Positions 24,347 through 32,759 of a stretch of DNA of 39,207 nt are shown here, in pieces. The position numbers and the translations under genes are program-made. The stretch is from the NCBI GenBank assembly GCA_026396205.1, contig JAPLXF010000058.1:1-39207 (forward strand). The letters run 5' to 3'. Source of the DNA: Candidatus Moraniibacteriota bacterium (GTDB lineage Bacteria > Patescibacteriota > Minisyncoccia > Moranbacterales > UBA2206). The notes below the pieces were generated by a model. That model made no database searches. It was not told the DNA's origin and was given only the letters and a program-made list of their open reading frames with translations. How positions within the stretch are numbered: position 1 is the stretch's first letter; each line of letters opens with the position of its first letter.

Positions 24347-25336
24347 CTACTGCCTTAAATTGACAGAACTTTGGCTATTGTATCTCTGAGGCGGAGTTTG
24401 CGTTTTTTGCGCTTGGGTTTTTTGGCTGTTAACTCTGGTAGTTTCCTTAGAAACATTTTGGGATGCGTTGCCGATGCCTTGATTGAGGGTTTTTGTCATA
24501 ATTTGGGAAACGACGGCTGTGATAACTTCCGGCATATGGGTGGCGCCAGCCAGAATTTTATTGCCCAAATCTTGTGTATTGGAATAAATGTCTTTGACGG
24601 TGGAACCAGGCGTGACGGTTTTGCCGTTCTGCTCTTTGCCGATAAAGCCTTGCCCAGCAATGCCTTTATTAGTATTAATCAGAGTCTGTAAATTTATCTC
24701 TTTTTGGTGCTCGTCTTGGATATAATTATTGAAAGCCCAAGGATTGTTGATTCCGGAAACATAGGACAATAAATTACTCATTCCATTTTTGGGATCCTTA
24801 AACATATCTCCCGGATTGCCTTTATAGTTCATTTGTGGCGCTTTCTTTTCCGTAGTGGAAGCTTTGGCCATTTGCTGCAAGCCTTGAGAATAGGACGACG
24901 AGGAACCGGAGATGGAAGATTTGGATTTGGAAGAAAAGCCTTCGGAAGAACTGCCGGCTGGCGCGTAAGAAAAGCTGCCGCGCCCACTTAAAGATCGATC
25001 GATAAGGTTGTTAGTATATTTATTGGCTTTATTTTCTGGATCGGTTTTTGTCCAGGCTAGCCAGTCGGTAATAAACATAGCTCCTCCGCTGCCGCTAATC
25101 ATAACGCTGATTTGGCTATTCAGGGTGCTGGCGGCAGTTTGTTTCAAAACTCCCAAAATTATGCCCTGTAACTGGTTAAAAATAACTTCCAGCGCTTGTT
25201 TCATAATTTCAGCCGGCGCCGCGTCCCAAGCATAAGCCGGCCGAGCTAAGTTCGGAGAGAAAACCAAAGACAAAGAAATAAGCAAAACCGCCATCCCTCG
25301 AATTAAAAATAATTTTTTCCTTTTTTGATTTTTCAT
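24347..25336 (-). CDS. hypothetical secreted protein (Ser-rich central region)
   Basis: The preferred start is ATG 25336 (MKNQKRKKLFLIRGMAVLLISLSLVFSPNLARPAYA, a signal peptide), 1 nt after the upstream stop. There is a central SSSEGFSSKSKSSISGSSSS tract. I recognise no family. Confidence 0.7.
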   Translation of the reverse strand: MKNQKRKKLFLIRGMAVLLISLSLVFSPNLARPAYAWDAAPAEIMKQALEVIFNQLQGIILGVLKQTAASTLNSQISVMISGSGGAMFITDWLAWTKTDPENKANKYTNNLIDRSLSGRGSFSYAPAGSSSEGFSSKSKSSISGSSSSYSQGLQQMAKASTTEKKAPQMNYKGNPGDMFKDPKNGMSNLLSYVSGINNPWAFNNYIQDEHQKEINLQTLINTNKGIAGQGFIGKEQNGKTVTPGSTVKDIYSNTQDLGNKILAGATHMPEVITAVVSQIMTKTLNQGIGNASQNVSKETTRVNSQKTQAQKTQTPPQRYNSQSSVNLRQ

Positions 25337-25337
25337 T

Positions 25338-26432
25338 TTAAGGTGATGTTGTTCCGATGCCAACTGTTGCCGTGCCGCCGACTCCGACTGTTGCGGTACT
25401 GCCAATGCCTAAATTATCCAGCACGGCCGGGTCGACTCCCATCTGTTCGATTTTTTGTTTGAGAACATCAGTGTAATCTATTCCCAATTCGGAAAATTTA
25501 CTCTGCAGTTCCGACATAAAAGCCATCATAGTTTCCATCAGGCCTTGCATCTTGGAAAAATTGGCGATGTCAGCCATCGGGTCTTCCGGATTGGGAGCGA
25601 TGCGGTCCTTAAGAATTATGGCGTATTTGGCAAATTGCAAAGCTTTGGTATGGATGCCGACCAAATCTTCCGGCACCTCCACGGCTTTCAATTGATCTAA
25701 TATTTTTTGCCCGCTGGCGGCGACATCATTCAAAAGCGCCGGCTCGCGATTGGTCAGCGCCGAGGTTATACTGCCTGTGATAGAACTCAAAAAAGTATCC
25801 AGTTTTCCGGAAGTCAAAGGCGCGGGAGAGTTGCTGGAGAAAATATAGAAAACCGAAGCGATGTAAGTGGAAAAATCTTCCTGCTTTTGCTGTTTTAATT
25901 TTTCCGCGGATAAATTTTTAGTGTTGGCTTTTTTGATTTTAATTTCGTCCGGAGAAATAGCCGGCAGATCTTCAGCGCCTATATCTTTATTGACAACCTC
26001 ATCAGTTAATTGCTGAATCTGATCGATGGAAATTTGCTGATTTTCCGGATCAGTCGTGTTCATCAATTGGGTAACTTTTTGGGCGACTTGGTTGGTGATG
26101 TTGGGCTTGGCTTCCGTGCCATTTGCAGAGGCTGATGGCGCCGAAACCGAAGTTGCTTCCGCTGTAAATAATTTGTCGCCCGGCGCCGGTTTTAAGGGAT
26201 TATAGCCGCTGCGCACTTCCACCCCGTCGGAATAGCCGTCGCCGTCCGTGTCGCGGTTTTGCGGGTCGGTGCCGTAAGATTTTTCTTCCGCGTCAGTCAA
26301 TCCGTCCTGGTCGGAATCCAAAAAGATATTGGCGTTGAAAGGCTTTTCCTGCGCCACTGAAAAAAAGGAAAAACTCAAGGCAAACAAACACGCCAATACA
26401 AACAAAGTTGGTTTGAGATTACTGATTTTCAT
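25338..26432 (-). CDS. hypothetical secreted protein with thrombospondin type-3-like Ca-binding repeats
   Basis: Signal peptide (LFVLACLFALSFSFFSVAQE), then DSDQDGLTDAEEKSYGTDPQNRDTDGDGYSDGVE (DxDxDG repeats). The remainder is helical. It is the first gene of the block. Confidence 0.75.
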   Translation of the reverse strand: MKISNLKPTLFVLACLFALSFSFFSVAQEKPFNANIFLDSDQDGLTDAEEKSYGTDPQNRDTDGDGYSDGVEVRSGYNPLKPAPGDKLFTAEATSVSAPSASANGTEAKPNITNQVAQKVTQLMNTTDPENQQISIDQIQQLTDEVVNKDIGAEDLPAISPDEIKIKKANTKNLSAEKLKQQKQEDFSTYIASVFYIFSSNSPAPLTSGKLDTFLSSITGSITSALTNREPALLNDVAASGQKILDQLKAVEVPEDLVGIHTKALQFAKYAIILKDRIAPNPEDPMADIANFSKMQGLMETMMAFMSELQSKFSELGIDYTDVLKQKIEQMGVDPAVLDNLGIGSTATVGVGGTATVGIGTTSP

Positions 26433-26462
26433 CCAATTTAAATTTATTCAATTTGCACTAAA

Positions 26463-26509
26463 ATTATACCACAAAAATAAGTGAAAAAAAACTTCCAGCC
26501 TGTGGATAA
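26463..26509 (-). promoter_or_regulatory. candidate promoter of the T4SS-like block with a perfect DnaA box upstream
   Basis: The minus strand reads ttatccaca (26509..26501), then about 32 nt, then tggTATAAT (extended -10, TATAAT = 26468..26463), about 30 nt before the ATG at 26432. The -35 is poor (T-run). Confidence 0.35.
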
Positions 26510-26569
26510 GAAACAGAATAAACTTTTGTCAAGTTGCCTATCCGAGAAAGGGCTGTTAGAGTGATAGCG

Positions 26570-28198
26570 ATGAGGAAAAAATTGGAAAAAATTCAACTGG
26601 CTTTGTTTAAAGAAACCGGGAAAAGAATCGGGCCGCTGGCGTGGTTGTCGGTTTTTTTCGGAGTGATTGTAATCCGGCTTTTTTTGGATGATTTCGTAGC
26701 TAAATCAAATAATCCCAGCCTGGGCCCGGTAATGTATATCCATAACTTGTTTTTCTTTTTTTTGCTTTTTCTTTTGGTTTGGCTCTTTCTAGCCTATATT
26801 TTACAGGAAAAACCGGCCAAATTAAGCTATTTAATGCTTTGGGCAACACTGCTGATAATTCTGCCGCCGATTTTCGATATGCTGAAAACCGGCGGCAGCA
26901 CATATTGGAGCGGCTATTTGATTGGCAATACGGCAGACTTATGGCGCTGGTTTATTGGTGTTTTCAGCCATTTGCCGTCCGGAATGCTTTATTTCGGCAC
27001 TAAAATCGTTTTTATTCTGGTAGCTTTGCTTTCCGGAGCCTGGGTTTATTTAAAGTCAAGGAGCTTTTTCAAGTCAGTATTTACAGTTTTCGGTATTTAT
27101 GTTCTAGTGTTTTTTATGGGGGCTTTTCCTTCATTTTTTACCTTTATTTACTACTTTTTTGCCGGATCGAAGAATCTGAATAATATATCCACGGCGAACA
27201 TTATTCAGCTGGTGGGAGCGCCGGTAACTGTTTTTGCCTTAAAACCGGTCGATTTTTCACTGGCCTTGGCTTATAATCTCAATTTAGTCTATTTTTTGCT
27301 TATTTTAGCCATAAGTTCTCTCTTTTTTGCTTGGAATTACCGGTCGGGTTTTTGGGCGATACTGAAAAACTGGCGCTATCCACAGCTTGTCTACCATGAC
27401 GGACTGTTTTTCTGTGGAATGGGCTTGGGACTACTGGCCTATCCGGAAAACCTTCATTTAAGCCTTTTTTCGGTTATAGCTGTCTTGGTTTTGCTATTTA
27501 GCATTGGGCTGGCTTGGGAAACATCGGTAATTGTCAATGATATTTATGATTATGAGATCGACGCCATTTCCAATCCGGAAAGACCGCTACAAAAAGGCAT
27601 TTTTAAGATTGCGGAGTATCGAGAAATAGGCATCATTTTTTTTATATCTTCACTTTTGGGAGGAATGATAGTTGGATTTAAATTCGCGGCGCTTTTGCTG
27701 GTTTATCAGATAATCGCTTGGTTTTATTCGGCGCCGCCTCTGCGGCTCAAAAGGTTTCCGGTAATTGCCACTTTGGCCAGTGCTTCAGCGTCGCTCATTG
27801 TTCTTTTTATGGGTTTTGCTCTTCTTTCCGGCGACGCTAATTTAGCCGGACTTTCCTGGCGGATAATTTTTCTTTTGCTTTTGGTTTTAACTCTGGCGCT
27901 GCCGGTTAAGGATTTTAAGGATATTGCCGGCGACCGGCGCTATGGAGTCTGGACGATTCCGGTGCTTTTGGGCGAAACTCAGGCGCGGCTGGTAGTTGGG
28001 ACAGGAGTTTTTATTTCTTTTATGGCCAGCGTCTTTTTTCTGAATGAACTCCGGCTTTTTATTTGGGCGCTGATTTTCGGTTGTCTGGCTTTTTTTATTC
28101 TGGTAAATGAAAAAATAAAACCCGCCAACTTATTCTGGCGGATTCTGGGTGTAACTTTTTTGTATGGGTTGGCTTTGGTTAAAGTTGTGTTTCTGTAA
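26570..28198 (+). CDS. UbiA-family prenyltransferase fused to a roughly 300-aa N-terminal polytopic domain
   Basis: The C-terminal half has NDIYDYEIDAISNPERPL (first Asp-rich motif) and DFKDIAGDRRYG (second). The N-terminal half has about 8 TM helices and no motif I recognise. The preferred start is ATG 26570 (MRKKLEK). Confidence 0.75.
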   Translation: MRKKLEKIQLALFKETGKRIGPLAWLSVFFGVIVIRLFLDDFVAKSNNPSLGPVMYIHNLFFFFLLFLLVWLFLAYILQEKPAKLSYLMLWATLLIILPPIFDMLKTGGSTYWSGYLIGNTADLWRWFIGVFSHLPSGMLYFGTKIVFILVALLSGAWVYLKSRSFFKSVFTVFGIYVLVFFMGAFPSFFTFIYYFFAGSKNLNNISTANIIQLVGAPVTVFALKPVDFSLALAYNLNLVYFLLILAISSLFFAWNYRSGFWAILKNWRYPQLVYHDGLFFCGMGLGLLAYPENLHLSLFSVIAVLVLLFSIGLAWETSVIVNDIYDYEIDAISNPERPLQKGIFKIAEYREIGIIFFISSLLGGMIVGFKFAALLLVYQIIAWFYSAPPLRLKRFPVIATLASASASLIVLFMGFALLSGDANLAGLSWRIIFLLLLVLTLALPVKDFKDIAGDRRYGVWTIPVLLGETQARLVVGTGVFISFMASVFFLNELRLFIWALIFGCLAFFILVNEKIKPANLFWRILGVTFLYGLALVKVVFL

Positions 28199-28201
28199 AT
28201 T

Positions 28202-28242
28202 TTATCGGAGCTCAACTCCGATTCGGAGTTGAGCTCCGATAA
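28202..28242. terminator. bidirectional hairpin between convergent genes
   Basis: ttatcggagctcaactccga-t-tcggagttgagctccgataa is a near-perfect 20-bp palindrome. It lies between the UbiA-family stop (28198) and the rsmA stop (28247). Confidence 0.6.
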
Positions 28243-28246
28243 ATCT

Positions 28247-29110
28247 CTAAAAGAGCTTTACTAATTTTTTCCAATCTTCAATACTTAATTCTTGTGCGCG
28301 GGCGGTTGGTAAAAGACCGGCAGTTTTTAATTTTTCTTCCACTGTTTTTTTATCCAAATGGAAACTGTTAGCTAGATTATTAAGTAAGGTTTTTCTTTTG
28401 GCTGAAAATCCGGCCTTCACGACGCGGAAAAATTTCTTACTTTGTTCTTTGCTATGTGTTCCATGTTCCGTGCTATGTGTGATGCGAATGACCGCACTGT
28501 CAATTTTTGGCACCGGAGAAAAACAATCTTTGCTTACCGGAAAAAGAATTTTCGACGTGGCGTAATACTTTACGGAAACCGCCAAAAGGCTCATTTTTTT
28601 GGGGGTTGCAACGATTCTTTCCGCCACTTCTTTTTGAACCATCAAAATCATTTCCTGTGGCGGATTTTCGCTTTCCAAAAATAATCGAATAATCGGAGCG
28701 GTGATGTAGTATGGAATGTTGGCGATGACTTTGTAACCCTCACCCCCCAGCCCCCTCTCCCAGCGGGAGAGGGTAGGGTGAGGGGAAACGACATTCGATG
28801 TCTTTTGGTCGCTTTGGTCGAGAGACATCGAATGTCTAAATAATTCCGATAAATTTACTTTCAAGATGTCGGCATTTACAATTTTCAGATTTTTAACGCC
28901 GGAAAATTTTTTCTCCAAAAGCTCCACTAAATTTTTATCCAGCTCGACGGCCATCACTCGGCCGGCTTTTTTAACCAGTTCTTCCGTCAAAATTCCCTTC
29001 CCCGGACCGATTTCCAAAACAAAATCCGACGGCTGCAGATTTGCAGCGGTTATAATTTTTTTAACAACATCCTTGTCGGTTAAAAAGTTTTGTCCTAATC
29101 TTGTCGGCAT
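28247..29110 (-). CDS. rsmA: 16S rRNA (adenine1518/1519-N6)-dimethyltransferase RsmA/KsgA
   Basis: Motifs: LGQNFL, the SAM motif VLEIGPGKGILTEEL, NIPYYITAPI, and C-terminal FSAKRKTLLNNL. It carries two repeat-derived in-frame segments. Confidence 0.9.
   Translation of the reverse strand: MPTRLGQNFLTDKDVVKKIITAANLQPSDFVLEIGPGKGILTEELVKKAGRVMAVELDKNLVELLEKKFSGVKNLKIVNADILKVNLSELFRHSMSLDQSDQKTSNVVSPHPTLSRWERGLGGEGYKVIANIPYYITAPIIRLFLESENPPQEMILMVQKEVAERIVATPKKMSLLAVSVKYYATSKILFPVSKDCFSPVPKIDSAVIRITHSTEHGTHSKEQSKKFFRVVKAGFSAKRKTLLNNLANSFHLDKKTVEEKLKTAGLLPTARAQELSIEDWKKLVKLF
28445..28486. repeat. 6-unit heptamer array inside rsmA
   Basis: Units ttctttg ctatgtg ttccatg ttccgtg ctatgtg tgatgcg, 42 nt or 14 codons. 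On the minus strand it is translated as ..THSTEHGTHSKEQ... Confidence 0.7.
28737..28836. repeat. two-hairpin palindromic element inserted in frame in rsmA
   Basis: Hairpin 1 is nested: ccctcaccc..ccctctcc-cagcg-ggagaggg..gggtgaggg (28737..28784). Hairpin 2: gacattcgatgtct (28790..28803) pairs with agacatcgaatgtc (28823..28836). The element encodes RHSMSLDQSDQKTSNVVSPHPTLSRWERGLGGEG, which sits between conserved RsmA motifs. Confidence 0.75.
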
Positions 29111-29214
29111 ATTATTAGCTTGTTAGTCTTTAGCTTTTTAGCTTATTAGTTTATTTTTTGTAGCTTTCTAGCTTCTTATTTTTCTAAAAAGCTAAGAAGC
29201 TAATTCCTAAAAAG
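29111..29214. repeat. spacer built of 7-8-nt TAGCT-containing word repeats with internal hairpin
   Basis: The tag trinucleotide recurs every 7-8 nt (ttagctt gttagtc tttagct ...). tagcttctta (29169..29178) pairs with taagaagcta (29193..29202). Confidence 0.6.
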
Positions 29215-30159
29215 CTAGTTAAGTATCGCCTCCACTTTAACCCCAATCACTCCGGCGCCGATGGATGCGATTTTGGCGAAAGCGACTTTATCCAGATCAA
29301 TAATCCGGCCTTTGCCCTGCGGGCCATAATCATTAATTTGCACCACCACCGATTTGCCGTTGGCAACATTGGTAACTTTAGCATAAGAATCTCTGGGTAA
29401 AGTTGTGCTGGCGGCAAAAAGCCCATCCTTAAAAACATACCATGTTCCCTGCCCTTTGTCAGCTTTGCCCAATTTCATATAAGTTCCCTGGATATTGATT
29501 TCATTCACCGGTTCTTTGGTGATATTTTTTGACAGCGCCACGCGGGAAATTTCCTTGCCGTTTTTATAAGTAATCCGATAATTTACTTCGCGGATTCCTT
29601 TTTCTCCCGTCTGTTCCACCTTTTTTTCGCGCCAACCAAGCTTGGAATCATTTTTGGAAATTATTTTGAAATCAATATCTTCCGGAATTATTTTTTCTTC
29701 CACATTGATGCGGGTAATGGCAATTTTTAAATTATCGGTCGGCAAGGCGTTAAAATCAGGAAAAGCTTTGTCCAGCCTGCCCAGCGTTATATTATTTTCC
29801 AAAATAGCCTCACGGATATTATAAGATAAGGCGTAGCCGTCAATAATTTTTCCATCGACTTCAATTTTTATTTTCCGGGCTTTTTTGATGGCGATATTGG
29901 TTCCGTAAAAAAGAGGAGAATTTTTTTCCAGAGAAATATAATCATGTTCGTTTAAATTTATCTTATTTTCTTTTAAAAAATCTTCAACAGTGGCAGCCGA
30001 AGTTAAAAGATCAAATTTCAGCCCGTCGTTATTGATGTTTATTAATTTTGATGAATTCGGAGAAAGATTAAGATTAATATGGTTAGAATTAGAGAAAAAT
30101 TTATAAACAAAAAAAGCAATAATCAAAATTAAAAAATATAATGCATATCTAAAATTCAT
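29215..30159 (-). CDS. cell-wall-associated protein: TM anchor, DUF348-like repeats, G5 domain, RlpA-like double-psi beta-barrel
   Basis: The C-terminus GTWYVFKDGLFAASTTLPRDSYAKVTNVANGKSVVVQINDYGPQGKGRIIDLDKVAFAKI matches RlpA/3D-type lytic transglycosylase domains. A G5-like segment lies upstream (GEKGIREVNYRITYKNGKEISR). Confidence 0.8.
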   Translation of the reverse strand: MNFRYALYFLILIIAFFVYKFFSNSNHINLNLSPNSSKLININNDGLKFDLLTSAATVEDFLKENKINLNEHDYISLEKNSPLFYGTNIAIKKARKIKIEVDGKIIDGYALSYNIREAILENNITLGRLDKAFPDFNALPTDNLKIAITRINVEEKIIPEDIDFKIISKNDSKLGWREKKVEQTGEKGIREVNYRITYKNGKEISRVALSKNITKEPVNEINIQGTYMKLGKADKGQGTWYVFKDGLFAASTTLPRDSYAKVTNVANGKSVVVQINDYGPQGKGRIIDLDKVAFAKIASIGAGVIGVKVEAILN

Positions 30160-30244
30160 AAAAATAAACTAAACTCCGAATCATTTAATCATTAGAAAAT
30201 TAGAAATTGATTAAAAATTAAAAATTGGAAATTAGAAATTTTTT

Positions 30245-31771
30245 TCATTCCGTCTTAAACCGATATTGGATCGCTTCGGCTATATGGGCGGGTGAAATAG
30301 TTTCGGTTTCCGAAAGGTCGGCGATGGTGCGCGCCACTTTGATAATCCGAAAATAACCGCGGGCGCTCAAATGAAGATTGGAAACGGCATTGCGCAAAAG
30401 CTCCACACAGGAATTGTCCAATTGGCAGAAATTTTTAATTTGTTCATTGCCCATTTCGCTGTTGGTGATTATTTTTAAAGCCGAAAAGCGCTGATGCTGG
30501 ATTTTTCTGGCCTTTTCAACCCGATTTCTGATAGTCTCGGAAGATTCAGATTGGTTTTCCTGCGCCAGCTTCTCGAATTTTACCCGCGGAACTTCGACAT
30601 GCAAATCAATTCGGTCAAGAATCGGCCCGGAAATTTTTTGCTGGTAGCGAATGATTTGGGCCGGACTGCAGGAACAGGCTCGTTCCGGGTCGGTGGCGTT
30701 GCCGCAAGGACAAGGATTCATAGCGGCTACCAAGGTAAAGCGAGCCGGAAATTCCACGGTGCCTTGGGCACGGGAAACGGTAATTGATCCGTCTTCCAGC
30801 GGTTGCCGCAAGTTTTCCAAAACAGTGCGGGTAAATTCCGGGAATTCATCCAAAAAAAGAACGCCTCGGTGGGAAAGGCTGACTTCTCCGGGCTTGGGAA
30901 TAGTGCCTCCGCCAACCAGCGAAACGGCGCTGGAACTGTGATGGGGTGTGCGGAAAGGGCGTTTGGTAATCAGCGCGGTGCCCTTGGGCAGTTTTCCGGA
31001 AACGGAAAAGATTTTAGTCACTTCCAGCGCTTCATTGATATTAAGCTTCGGCAAAATGGAAGTCATAGTCCGCGCCAGCAGAGTTTTTCCCGAGCCGGGC
31101 GGACCGCTCATAATGACATTGTGGCCTCCGGCGGCGGCAATTTCCAATGCCCGTTTGGCGTGCTCCTGCCCTTTGATGGAAACCATATCAGTTAATATTT
31201 CTTCCCCGGTGAAAAGCTCATTTAAGTCTATTTTTTCCACCGGGGTTATTTTAGCCGAACCGATTAGGTGGGCGATAAGTTCCGGCAGAGTCCGAACCGG
31301 AAAAACATTAATTTCTTCCACTACCGATGCTTCCCGAGCATTTTCCATGGGTACGAAAATATCCGAAATGCCTTTTTCTTTAGCTAAAATGGCCATCGGC
31401 AAAACTCCGCGCACCGGACGCACTGAACCGTCCAAAGACAATTCTCCGATAAAAAGCTTATTTTTATAATCAAAATGGATTTGCTTGGTAGTCAAAAGAA
31501 ACCCCAGCGCCATAGGCAAATCATAAACCGGCCCCTCTTTTTTGATGTCGGCCGGAGCCAAATTGATGGTTACCCGGCCGCATTGGTGGGGCGGGCGGAA
31601 CCGGCTATTGCGAATGGCGGCACTGACCCGATCTTTGGATTCTTTCACGGCGGCGTCAGGCAATCCGACAATGTTAAATTGGTGGAGCCCGGCTGGGATA
31701 GTATCCACTTCCACTTCAATTATTTCGCTGGCCAGTCCAATGGTGGCGGCCGAAAGGACTTTGGAAGACAT
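30245..31771 (-). CDS. comM: YifB/ComM-family Mg-chelatase-like AAA+ ATPase
   Basis: Lon-protease-like N-domain, Walker A MSGPPGSGKTLLA, Walker B GVLFLDEFPEF, and a Cys cluster NPCPCGN..CSC. The preferred start is ATG 31771 (MSSKVLSAATIG). Confidence 0.9.
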   Translation of the reverse strand: MSSKVLSAATIGLASEIIEVEVDTIPAGLHQFNIVGLPDAAVKESKDRVSAAIRNSRFRPPHQCGRVTINLAPADIKKEGPVYDLPMALGFLLTTKQIHFDYKNKLFIGELSLDGSVRPVRGVLPMAILAKEKGISDIFVPMENAREASVVEEINVFPVRTLPELIAHLIGSAKITPVEKIDLNELFTGEEILTDMVSIKGQEHAKRALEIAAAGGHNVIMSGPPGSGKTLLARTMTSILPKLNINEALEVTKIFSVSGKLPKGTALITKRPFRTPHHSSSAVSLVGGGTIPKPGEVSLSHRGVLFLDEFPEFTRTVLENLRQPLEDGSITVSRAQGTVEFPARFTLVAAMNPCPCGNATDPERACSCSPAQIIRYQQKISGPILDRIDLHVEVPRVKFEKLAQENQSESSETIRNRVEKARKIQHQRFSALKIITNSEMGNEQIKNFCQLDNSCVELLRNAVSNLHLSARGYFRIIKVARTIADLSETETISPAHIAEAIQYRFKTE

Positions 31772-31780
31772 AAAAAATAA

Positions 31781-31842
31781 ATTTCTAATTACCAATTTCC
31801 CTGCCTGCCGGCAGGCAGGTAATTTCCAATTAAATTTTAATG
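31781..31842. repeat. CCTGCCTGCCGGCAGGCAGG palindrome flanked by AATTTCC-type words, copy 1
   Basis: Perfect 20-nt palindrome at 31800..31819. It is flanked on both sides by the direct word aatttcc and further aattacc/aattaaa words. Confidence 0.8.
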
Positions 31843-32313
31843 TTAAAATTTTTCTTTAGATTTGAGATTCTGGATTATTAATAAAAATATTCCTATAACA
31901 ATAAAAGAATCAGCTAAATTGAAAACCGGCCAGAATTTCAGGTCGATGAAATCAGTGATGCATCCGTAGTATAGCCTATCGATCAGGTTTGATATAGCAC
32001 CGGACAAAATTAAAATAAGGGAGTAATTAGTAATTAGTAATTTGCCTGCCTGTCCGGTAGGCAGGTAATTAGAAGTTTTTATTCCCCAATTACCAATTAC
32101 AAATTTCAAATTACTTGCTATGAGCAAGATAAAAATAATTATACTTGACCATAATATCCAAAACAAGAAAGGCGGAATATTGATTCCAAACGCAATATTT
32201 TTATTGCAAATATAAAATCCGCCAGAATGACGGATAATATATTTAGAAGCTTGGTCAGCAGCTATTAAAAGTAAAAAAAATAGTCCCAAAAATATTTTTT
32301 TATATTTAAACAT
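31843..32313 (-). CDS. lspA: lipoprotein signal peptidase II
   Basis: Motifs: NKNIAFGI and GGAISNLIDRLYYGCITDFIDLKFWPVFNLADSFIVIG (catalytic Asp motifs). It contains a repeat-derived in-frame segment. Confidence 0.9.
   Translation of the reverse strand: MFKYKKIFLGLFFLLLIAADQASKYIIRHSGGFYICNKNIAFGINIPPFLFWILWSSIIIFILLIASNLKFVIGNWGIKTSNYLPTGQAGKLLITNYSLILILSGAISNLIDRLYYGCITDFIDLKFWPVFNLADSFIVIGIFLLIIQNLKSKEKF
32022..32112. repeat. palindrome-plus-word-array element inserted in frame in lspA, copy 2
   Basis: The sequence is taattag taattag taattt-gcctgcctgtccggtaggcagg-taattag ... ccaattaccaattacaaatttcaaattac. On the minus strand it is translated as NLKFVIGNWGIKTSNYLPTGQAGKLLITNYS, between TM helices. 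Confidence 0.7.
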
Positions 32314-32346
32314 TCGTATATTCGTAAATGATTGGTATTTCGTAGC

Positions 32347-32697
32347 CTACTGACATTTGATGCAAGTTTTGGCTGAAGGATTTATTTTTAATCTTTCAAG
32401 GTCTATTTCATGGTGGCAGTTTTCGCAAATACCATAAGTGCCTTTCTCAATTCTTTTCAAAGCGGCGATTATATCCTGCAGCTTTTTTTCCAGCGCGACT
32501 TCCACGGAAAGATTGTCGGAATATTGTTCCATCTCGGTGGCGTTATCTTCTTTGGCGCTGCCCAAATCTTCAAAAGTGGTTTGGTAGTCGCCCTTTTTAA
32601 TATCAATCGGCCGGGCTATCTTGGAAAGGCTTTTTTCCAAATTTTCCTTCTCTTTTAATAGCGCTTCCTTAAATGTTTCCAGCTGTTTTTTATCCAT
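32347..32697 (-). CDS. DksA/TraR-family C4 zinc-finger protein
   Basis: Coiled-coil N-terminal part plus CENCHHEIDLERLKINPSAKTCIKCQ. Confidence 0.85.
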   Translation of the reverse strand: MDKKQLETFKEALLKEKENLEKSLSKIARPIDIKKGDYQTTFEDLGSAKEDNATEMEQYSDNLSVEVALEKKLQDIIAALKRIEKGTYGICENCHHEIDLERLKINPSAKTCIKCQ

Positions 32698-32759
32698 ATT
32701 GGTGTTGCAGGTTAGTTGATTAACATTAAACTTATTGTATCAAAGAATTAATACAAAGT

